64,000 nt of DNA from Phycisphaerae bacterium (GTDB taxonomy: Bacteria; Planctomycetota; Phycisphaerae; SM23-33). Location: contig JBDKRA010000001.1 in the NCBI GenBank assembly GCA_039683615.1, forward strand, positions 25,958 through 89,957. Direction: 5' to 3'. This document shows positions 17,825-24,894 of the stretch, piece by piece. The position numbers and the translations under genes were made by a program. The first letter of the stretch is position 1. Each line of letters opens with the position of its first letter. Under the pieces are notes generated by a model, which ran no database searches, was not told the origin of the DNA, and saw only the letters and a list, made by a program, of their open reading frames with translations.

Positions 17825-18940
17825 TCACCCCGCCACTTGCTCGTAGAGGGCCTCGTGGGCAGCGACGGTTTTTTCGATCGGATACGTCGCCCGCACGTGC
17901 TCGCGGGCGGCCGCGCCGAGGGCTTGGCGCAGGGGCGTATCGGCGGCCAGTTCGAGGATCGTCTCCGACAGGGCGACCGAGTCGCCGCTGTCGACGATGA
18001 TGCCCGTTTGGCGGTCGGATACCAGGTCGCTCAGGTGGCCGCTCTTGCTGACGATCACCGGCAGGCCCACGGCCATCGCTTCGGCGGCCGCCATTCCGAA
18101 GGCTTCCCAGCGGCTGGGCAGGACCATGATGTCCAGGGCGTTGAGCAGGGCCGGGACATCGTCGACGAAATCGAGCAGGCGGCAGCTCCGCCCGCCCTCG
18201 CCGTAGCGGATGAAGTTCCGCACGATGGGCTGTCGCGGCCCCTGGCCGGCGATCACGACGTTGACCGGGTTGCCCCGCGCCCCGAGGTGGCTGATGGCCG
18301 ACAGCAGCGTGTCGATGCCCTTCTGCGCGTTGAGCCGCCCGACGAACCCCACGACGATCTGCCGCTCGTCGACGCCCCACTCGCTGCGCACGGCTTGTCG
18401 AAGGGCCGGTGCGGGGGCGAAGCGCACAGTGTCGATCCCGTCGGGGATCAGGGTGTACTTTTCCTGCGGCAGGCCGCTGCGCCGCTGGTGGAACTTCCGC
18501 ACCGACTCGCTGACGCACACCAGGCGGTCGCAGTAGCCGCCCAGAAACCGCGTGAAGGCGAACTCCCACGGGCGGAACCGACCCGCCGGCGTGCGGGCGG
18601 TGTGGATCAGGTGCGGCACGGCGGCCAATCGCGCGGCCGGTCGCCCGATCAGATCTGCCTGGTACAGGTGCGTGTGGACGATGTCGGGTCGCAGGCGGCG
18701 GAGCCGCTCGGCCAGCCCGCGCAGGCGCAGCAGGTGCCACGCCCGCGTCATGCCCAGGACGCTGACGTCCACGCCGGCGTCCTGGAACCATCGGCTGGCC
18801 GCGCCGCCGCGCAGCGCCAGCACCTGCACGTCGAAGCGCTCGCGGCTGAGGCGGCGCGACATCTCGCAGACGCTCCGGGCCGCCCCGCTGGGGCGCAGGT
18901 CGCCGATCAGGTGACATATTCGTATCTTCGAGTCGCTCAA
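17825..18940 (-). CDS. Glycosyltransferase family 4 (GT-B fold)
   Basis: 371 aa with the C-terminal GT4 signature EAFGMAAAEAMAVGLPVIVS (E-x7-E motif). Confidence 0.85.
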   Translation of the reverse strand: MSDSKIRICHLIGDLRPSGAARSVCEMSRRLSRERFDVQVLALRGGAASRWFQDAGVDVSVLGMTRAWHLLRLRGLAERLRRLRPDIVHTHLYQADLIGRPAARLAAVPHLIHTARTPAGRFRPWEFAFTRFLGGYCDRLVCVSESVRKFHQRRSGLPQEKYTLIPDGIDTVRFAPAPALRQAVRSEWGVDERQIVVGFVGRLNAQKGIDTLLSAISHLGARGNPVNVVIAGQGPRQPIVRNFIRYGEGGRSCRLLDFVDDVPALLNALDIMVLPSRWEAFGMAAAEAMAVGLPVIVSKSGHLSDLVSDRQTGIIVDSGDSVALSETILELAADTPLRQALGAAAREHVRATYPIEKTVAAHEALYEQVAG

Positions 18941-19995
18941 ATCCGGCTATCCTTGGCGGCCGCCACCATCTCGTCGATCGTGGTCGTAGCGGCGGCGCAG
19001 ACACGATCGCCTGCGCCGTAGTAAACCACGATGCGCCCGTCTTCGTCCACCGTCAGTCCGTTGGAAAAGACGCAGTTGGCGTAGATGCCCGACATTTCGT
19101 AGGTCTCGCGGGGCTCCAGGACGGGCCTGGCGCTGTGGCTGATGATCCGCTGAGGCCGTTCGAGTTCGCTGAGCATCGCGCCGAGATAATATCGGCCTTG
19201 TTCGTCGGCGGCATGGAAGATTTCCAGCCATCCCGCCGGCGTCTCGATGGGCGCGGCCCCGCAGCCGACGCGCTGGCCCATCCACGTGCCCGGCCGCGGG
19301 GCCAGCGTCATCTCGTGGCGGCCCCAGCATTCCAGGTCCGGCGACCAGCCCGTCCAGATGCACGGCGGATTGAAGACGCTGCGGTACGGGCGGTGGCGGC
19401 AGACGTACATGTTCTGGATCTTTCGCGGGAAGATGCACACGTCTTTCTGGTACGGCGGGAAGACCACGCCGTGGCGGTAGAACTCGACGAAGTCGCTGGT
19501 CGAGGCCAGCGAGACCGTCACCCCGCGGTCGCTGACGGAGGTGTACGTGATGTAATACTGCCCGTTGGTGAACGTGATGCGCGGGTCTTCGCAGCCGTAC
19601 GCTTCGTACTCGTTGATGGGGAAGATCGCCGGTTTGCGGTCGAAGCTGAAGTGCTCGCCGTCGCGGCTGCGGGCGATCCGCAGGTGCGACAGGCTCGACA
19701 GGAGCATGCGCCCGCGATAGTGATACCCGCGGGCGTCGGGCATCGTCAGGTCCGGGTCGCTGACGGAGATGTGCCGCACGTCGACGGCGTCGGCCGCGGC
19801 GTCATAGACCAGGTAGCTGATGTAATGCGGCTGCGGGATCGGCCGCTCGCCCACGCGAACCAGCAACAGCGTCTCGTCGCCCAGGCGCACTGCCGCGGGG
19901 TTGAGCGTGCAGAGCACCTCCAGGTCGCCCCGCGTCGGGGCAACGTCCTGCGGCGTGAGCAGCGGATTGGCGGCCAGTCGTTGCAGCAATGGCAT
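18937..19995 (-). CDS. GH130-family (DUF377) glycoside hydrolase or phosphorylase-like protein
   Basis: 352 aa with the conserved GCEDPRI motif and a five-bladed beta-propeller-like repeat pattern typical of GH130. It has a 4-nt overlap with the GT4 gene, so the two form an operon. Confidence 0.75.
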   Translation of the reverse strand: MPLLQRLAANPLLTPQDVAPTRGDLEVLCTLNPAAVRLGDETLLLVRVGERPIPQPHYISYLVYDAAADAVDVRHISVSDPDLTMPDARGYHYRGRMLLSSLSHLRIARSRDGEHFSFDRKPAIFPINEYEAYGCEDPRITFTNGQYYITYTSVSDRGVTVSLASTSDFVEFYRHGVVFPPYQKDVCIFPRKIQNMYVCRHRPYRSVFNPPCIWTGWSPDLECWGRHEMTLAPRPGTWMGQRVGCGAAPIETPAGWLEIFHAADEQGRYYLGAMLSELERPQRIISHSARPVLEPRETYEMSGIYANCVFSNGLTVDEDGRIVVYYGAGDRVCAAATTTIDEMVAAAKDSRI

Positions 19996-20020
19996 GTTGC
20001 ACCCCTTTGGGGAAGTTGTG

Positions 20021-20152
20021 AGTTGTGAGTGGTGAGTTCAGGAACTCCTTCCCGGGCGGTTCCCCCTCACAACACACAACTCACAACTCTCTTACTTCCC
20101 CCTCACAACTCACAACACACAACTCACAACTCACAACTCACAACTCACAACT
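20021..20152. repeat. Heptanucleotide microsatellite arranged as an inverted pair: (GAGTTGT)n followed by (TCACAAC)n
   Basis: Read directly from the sequence: GAGTTGT x2 plus variants, then two blocks of ACAACTC/TCACAAC repeats of 2 and 7 copies. It lies immediately upstream of the GH130-GT4 operon start at 19995 and downstream of the DUF72 gene. Confidence 0.8.
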
Positions 20153-20918
20153 CCCGCACAATGCGGGCGAACGCCTGCGCATTCGCGGCCGCCTGACCGG
20201 CGTGGCAGTTGTTGAAGAACGCGTAGACCTTTTCGGCCGGCGGCTCCAGCGACGACCAGCCGCGGGCGATCTCCTCCAGCTCGGCGTCGCTGTAATTGTA
20301 ATCATATCGGGCCGCGTATCCGGCGTGCCACTTGGCCGCGTCGCGCGAGTGAAGGCGGAAGTACCCCGCCCCCGCCGTCGCGGCCGGGGCGTGATGGTAC
20401 AGCTCGGCCAGGTCCGGAACGTCCGGAACCACCAGCAGCACGCCCCGCTCACGCAGCGACTGCGTGGCCGCCTCGTCCTGCCACGAGCAATGCCGAAACT
20501 CCACCGCCAGCGGAACCGACGCCATGTCGTCGCAAACGGCCGCAAGGTACTTGCGATTGGCCACCGTTCGCCGGAACGACTGCGGGAATTGCAGCAGCAC
20601 CCCGGCCAGCTTGCCCGCGGCCGACATCGGCGCCAGGGCCTCGAGGAACGGCCTCGCCGCCTCGCGAAGCTGCTTGTGCGTGGTATCCTGGTTGGCCTTG
20701 ACCCAGAACTCGAACCCCGCCGGGCTCTTGCGGGCCAGGGCGTCCATAGTCGCGGCCGCGGGCATCCGGTAGTACGTGAAGTTCAACTCGACAGCCGAGA
20801 ACTGCCGCGCGTACAAATCAAACATGTCCGCCGCTCGGGCCTGGACGGGATAGAAATTACCGACCCAGTCCCCGAACGAATACCCGCACGTGCCGATGAT
20901 AAACCGCGTCTGGTTCAT
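20145..20918 (-). CDS. DUF72 (UPF0759) family protein
   Basis: 257 aa. N-terminus IIGTCGYSFGDW...FYP and the overall pattern are typical of DUF72 TIM-barrel proteins. Confidence 0.75.
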   Translation of the reverse strand: MNQTRFIIGTCGYSFGDWVGNFYPVQARAADMFDLYARQFSAVELNFTYYRMPAAATMDALARKSPAGFEFWVKANQDTTHKQLREAARPFLEALAPMSAAGKLAGVLLQFPQSFRRTVANRKYLAAVCDDMASVPLAVEFRHCSWQDEAATQSLRERGVLLVVPDVPDLAELYHHAPAATAGAGYFRLHSRDAAKWHAGYAARYDYNYSDAELEEIARGWSSLEPPAEKVYAFFNNCHAGQAAANAQAFARIVREL

Positions 20919-21101
20919 ATCTCGAAGTCATCCAGCATCATCATTTACCAGTCACTGCGCCTGCCCCACGCCCGCCAACAAGTTAATACTACACAGGCAA
21001 ACAGCCATCTCAAAGGTGGCAGGGATCAGTAATCGCTAATCGGTGATGGGCGATAGCTGATAGCCGAAAGCTGAAAGCTGACAGCCGCCACCATAATTGT
21101 C

Positions 21102-21140
21102 ATTCCTTGCACTTTGTTGTACTTTTCACAGCGACTTCGC
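21102..21140. repeat. Left 39-bp terminal inverted repeat of a 3.6-kb low-GC island
   Basis: ATTCCTTGCACTTTGTTGTACTTTTCACAGCGACTTCGC. Its reverse complement recurs at 24700-24739 with 2 mismatches. Confidence 0.75.
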
Positions 21141-21523
21141 GGACACGCGCGTCCAATTGCAGCATGCGCGGACCCACATAGCCCACGTTCCCCTCGTCAA
21201 TTGGAAATTCCCAATTGGAAATTGGAAATGGCTAAGCTGCTGTTTCTCTTCTGCCTTGCGGATTGGCGGCCGCGAAGGCATAATGCCCCGCAGGGATTTT
21301 TCCGACAGCGGGACTGCCCCCATCGTCTTTGAAAGGCCGCAATGCCGACGCTGAACTGGATAGGTAAGGATGCCGTCGCTGACCGCACGGATTCTCGAAG
21401 CCCTCTCGCCCCACGCCGGACCCAAGGTCATCTACGGCGAAGGCTCCCGCCTGGGCCCCGCGCGACTAAAACGCCTCAATATCACGTTCAAACAAGTGCC
21501 CTATGAGATCAAGGTGAGCTGAG

Positions 21524-22570
21524 ATGGGTGAAGGACATTTGACAGCAGATAATTCCGAAAATCGCAATTGCGCGCTTTGCGGAAAGGAAGCCCGATTCAG
21601 CGAGTTCCACTTCGTCAACAGACAGCCCATAAAAATGTTTGATTATGACTGCCCAGGGTGCGGGCGATATCTATTGGATTGGACTGTAGGCGCGCGGCTA
21701 AAGCACGATAAGACTGGTTTGGCTTTTAAGCTTGCATGCCTTGTACGAGAGCGCCGTATTCGCCACGACGAGGGGCTATTTGCCATCCTCAGCAAGGCCC
21801 CAGCACAGGATATATCCAAGCTAGTTGATCGGGCATGGCTGGTAGATGAGTTAGCTGCAGATTTTCCCGGCCCGACGGCCATGATCGATCGCACTCTATT
21901 GAATCTATCCAAACTCACGCAACACCCCATGGGAGTGGTATGCCTGTCAAATTGCGACAGGGCCTACTTAACCTTTTGCGATGAAAGAGCTATCCAGGAT
22001 TCCGTAAGCTACTTAGAAGCAAAGGGACTCATACGCGACGCGGGAAGTTCGACTACTTCTACCGAAATCACAATCACTCCAGACGGGTGGGATCGCATCG
22101 AAAAGATTTCAGAAGTGGCGGCTGAGTCAAAACAGGCATTTGTTGCAATGTGGTTTAATGAGTCGACAAGGTGCTTCTTTGATGTGGGAATTGAACCCGC
22201 AGTACGAGAAACTGGGTTTATCTGCAAAAGAATCGACCGCGTCGAGCACATCAACAAGATTTGCGACGAGATTGTCGCGGAAATTCGAAAGAGCCGCTTC
22301 CTAGTAGCCGATTTTTCAGCCGGGTGCTGTAAAATGTGCGGAGAGTGCCAGCATCAGAAGGACTGCAAAGATCAAGTTCGTCCTCGTGGCGGAGTCTATT
22401 TCGAGGCCGGGTTCGCGATGGGGCTGGGCATTCCAGTAATCTGGACAATCCGCAAGGAGCAGTTGGAGCAGGTTCATTTCGACATTCGTCAATACAACTT
22501 TATCGCCTATGAGAATCCAGAAGACTTGAAAGATCGCCTATTCAACAGAATCAGGGCGACAATTCATTGA
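21524..22570 (+). CDS. Zinc-ribbon / winged-helix / nucleoside 2-deoxyribosyltransferase-like (NDT/DNPH1-type Rossmann) multidomain protein; candidate defence or nucleotide-processing effector
   Basis: 348 aa. N-terminal 4-Cys zinc ribbon (CALCG...CPGCG). Central helix plus KGLI plus beta-wing (ITITPDGWDRIE) that looks like a winged HTH. C-terminal QAFVAMWFNEST...FLVADFS...GGVYFEAGFAMGLGIPVIW matches the NDT/DNPH1 catalytic-Glu motif, with an inserted CCxxCxxC cluster. GC is about 49%, against about 68% in the host. Confidence 0.7.
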   Translation: MGEGHLTADNSENRNCALCGKEARFSEFHFVNRQPIKMFDYDCPGCGRYLLDWTVGARLKHDKTGLAFKLACLVRERRIRHDEGLFAILSKAPAQDISKLVDRAWLVDELAADFPGPTAMIDRTLLNLSKLTQHPMGVVCLSNCDRAYLTFCDERAIQDSVSYLEAKGLIRDAGSSTTSTEITITPDGWDRIEKISEVAAESKQAFVAMWFNESTRCFFDVGIEPAVRETGFICKRIDRVEHINKICDEIVAEIRKSRFLVADFSAGCCKMCGECQHQKDCKDQVRPRGGVYFEAGFAMGLGIPVIWTIRKEQLEQVHFDIRQYNFIAYENPEDLKDRLFNRIRATIH

Positions 22571-22716
22571 TGAATTCGTGCATGGACAACACAGAGGCCC
22601 GAATGGGCCGGCAGACGATAGCCGGGGGTGGAGCGGGCGGCGTTTTTGCGGCCGCGGAGCCCCCGGTCCGTCCCCTCGCGGCGTCAAGCCCTGAAGGGGC
22701 GGCACAAGATTGCCCT

Positions 22717-22870
22717 GTGTCGCGGACATCTTGTCCGCGCGTGCCGCGGGCGTCTCGCTTGCGCATCTGGGAGAAGAAGACGGGGAGCATGGGCGAGACG
22801 CCCATGCCACGGGGGAGGGCAAGATGCCCTCGGCACGCGAGGGCGGGACGCCCGCGACACGATTCGGCCA
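22717..22870. repeat. Cluster of three REP-like hairpins inside the island
   Basis: GTGTCGCGGACATCTTGTCCGCGCGTG (22717-22743); GGGGAGCATGGGCGAGACGCCCATGCCAC (22783-22810); GCGAGGGCGGGACGCCCGCGACACG (22836-22870). Confidence 0.75.
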
Positions 22871-22891
22871 TCGGCGACGGCGACCATTTTG

Positions 22892-23029
22892 TCGATATCA
22901 ACAAAATGGTCCCCAACGACAGGGAAATCAAGATGTGCTCGCCCGCCCGATCATACCATCTTCCCGACATCGGGAAGAAGGTCTGCCTGGGCGACGCGGA
23001 CCATTTCGCGCGTGCGCGCAAAATGGTCC
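22892..23029. promoter_or_regulatory. Two 30-bp palindromes upstream of fic (candidate operators)
   Basis: GACCATTTTGTCGATATCAACAAAATGGTC (22892-22921) and GGACCATTTCGCGCGTGCGCGCAAAATGGTCC (22998-23029). Each is preceded by GGCGACG-N-CGACC. The second ends 32 nt before the fic ATG. Confidence 0.5.
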
Positions 23030-23060
23030 TCCCGGACTGCCGGCAGAAGGAGCGACTCTG

Positions 23061-24143
23061 ATGGTTTTTGATCCGTCCAAACCGTACAACGACCTGCCGC
23101 CACTGCCGCCGGCGGCCGAGATTGACACCAAAGCAATCCTGCGCAAATGCATTTCGGCAAACCGGGCATTGGCGGAACTCAAGGCCGGCGGCAGGCTTAT
23201 CCCTAACCAGACGATCCTCATCAACGCCATTCCTCTGCAGGAAGCCCAGGCCAGCAGCGAGATCGAGAACATCGTCACCACGCAGGATGCCCTTTACCGC
23301 GCCACGCTGCACCCCGAGAAAGCGGACGCGGCCACCAAGGAAGTGCTCAACTACCGTCAGGCGCTCAAGGCGGGTTGGGAATCGCTGCGCACGCGGCCGC
23401 TGAGCACACGAACGTTTGTGGAAGTCTGCCGGGGTCTGCTTGACGTGGATATCGACATCCGCCGCACGCCCGGAGTCACGCTGACCAACAAGGCCACGGG
23501 CAAAGTCATCTACACTCCGCCCGAGACGGAGTCGCTCATCCGCGATCTCTTGGGCAACCTCGAGAAGTTCCTGCATGACGACGCCGCCGGTCTCGACCCG
23601 CTCATCCGCCTGGCGGTGGCCCATTACCAGTTCGAGGCTATTCATCCCTTCGGCGACGGCAACGGGCGCACCGGCCGGATCATCAACATCCTGTACCTGA
23701 TCGAGAAAGGGCTGCTGGAGATTCCGGTGCTTTACCTGAGCGGGCACATCATCCAGAACAAGAACCAGTACTACCGCCTCCTTCGCGCGGTGACCGAGAA
23801 GGGCGCCTGGGAGGACTGGATTCTGTACATGCTCGATGCCGTCGAAGAAACCGCCCGCTGGACGGCAGGAAGGATCGCCGGGATTCGCCAGTTGCTGGAT
23901 GAAACGGCGCGGCTCTGCCGGGAGAAGCTCCCAACCGTATACTCGCGTGAGCTTGTCGAACTTCTTTTCGTGCAGCCATACTGCCGCATCGAGAATCTGG
24001 TGGAAAATGGCATTGCCAAGCGGGTGACGGCGTCAAAATACCTGGCAAGCCTGGAAAAAGAGGGTATTATTTCTGGCATAAAAGTCTGGAAAGAAACCCT
24101 TTATGTCAACAATGGCCTGCTTGAACTCCTCGTAAGGCGATAG
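23061..24143 (+). CDS. fic: Fic-family protein (AMPylase-type; class II with an N-terminal inhibitory motif, plus a C-terminal winged HTH)
   Basis: 360 aa with the catalytic motif HPFGDGNGRTGR and the inhibitory (S/T)xxxE(G/N) motif SSEIEN upstream of it. The start at MVFDPSK (23061) was chosen over the long track ORF starting at 22710, which reads through REP repeats. Confidence 0.85.
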   Translation: MVFDPSKPYNDLPPLPPAAEIDTKAILRKCISANRALAELKAGGRLIPNQTILINAIPLQEAQASSEIENIVTTQDALYRATLHPEKADAATKEVLNYRQALKAGWESLRTRPLSTRTFVEVCRGLLDVDIDIRRTPGVTLTNKATGKVIYTPPETESLIRDLLGNLEKFLHDDAAGLDPLIRLAVAHYQFEAIHPFGDGNGRTGRIINILYLIEKGLLEIPVLYLSGHIIQNKNQYYRLLRAVTEKGAWEDWILYMLDAVEETARWTAGRIAGIRQLLDETARLCREKLPTVYSRELVELLFVQPYCRIENLVENGIAKRVTASKYLASLEKEGIISGIKVWKETLYVNNGLLELLVRR

Positions 24144-24149
24144 GAAGTC

Positions 24150-24470
24150 TCATGTTCATGGCGTGAACATGAGAAGGTTATCATGTTCATTCTATAGTCT
24201 TTTTTAGACATGATGTTTGTGCGATACGATGTGGACGCGCGGCGTACATATCTTCAGGATGTGTACAAATTCTCGCGGTTTTCGTACACATGCCGGAACA
24301 TGTCCCAAACCGGGACATGAGGAAGGACGTGTAAAGAAATCGACGTTTTCTTTACACGTTTTGGGAACGTGTAAAGCGGCTTTACACATCCTTCGTCACG
24401 TTCAAGAAGAAGCGTTTTTTGAACATGAGCACTTGGTCATGTACACGGCATGAACATGACGGTTCTTTTT
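24150..24470. other. AT-rich noncoding region with a dense array of short palindromes and hairpins
   Basis: CATGTTCATGGCGTGAACATG; ACATGTCCCAAACCGGGACATG; ACGTGTAAAGAAATCGACGTTTTCTTTACACGT (13-bp arms); GTGTAAAGCGGCTTTACAC; repeated TGAACATGA and TCATGTACA motifs. It lies between the fic stop and the right island inverted repeat. Confidence 0.6.
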
Positions 24471-24699
24471 CCGGATATCAGGAAAAAGAAGATGGTAAGG
24501 CCGGCGGATGAAGGGTGAGAGCGGCGGCTCGGGCAGACTTGCGTATTTCGTGCGGGTTTTACTGGTTGTAAAGCCAAAACGCATCGGAAATGCACCCAAA
24601 AAGCACCTAAAAGGCACCCAAACCTGGTTTATTCCGATTTAGCCCGGACATGTCACCGCAGTCGATCGTGAACCTTTGATGCCCCGTTGTTGCACTTTT

Positions 24700-24739
24700 G
24701 CGAAGGTGCTGTGAAAAGTACAACAAAGTGCAAGGAAGT
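24700..24739. repeat. Right terminal inverted repeat of the 3.6-kb island
   Basis: GCGAAGGTGCTGTGAAAAGTACAACAAAGTGCAAGGAAGT is the reverse complement of the 21102-21140 repeat (2 mismatches). Confidence 0.75.
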
Positions 24740-24894
24740 GGAAGCGCGGGTAGAGGCGGGGTTGTCCGGCGGGATGGGGGTTGGCGGCTGATTCTTCGCC
24801 GGGAATGCAACATTGGCCCCGCTGGGGCGTTGAGATTATTATAATGATCGTTCCGGCGGCTGGTGGGGCGGCGGGGATTTGGCGAGGTGCATGT

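Noticed and set aside
24217-24453. 78-aa ORF (and the antisense 61-aa ORF) inside the AT-rich hairpin block
   Set aside because: The reading frame runs through multiple palindromes and has a Cys/His-rich odd composition. The region looks structural or noncoding.
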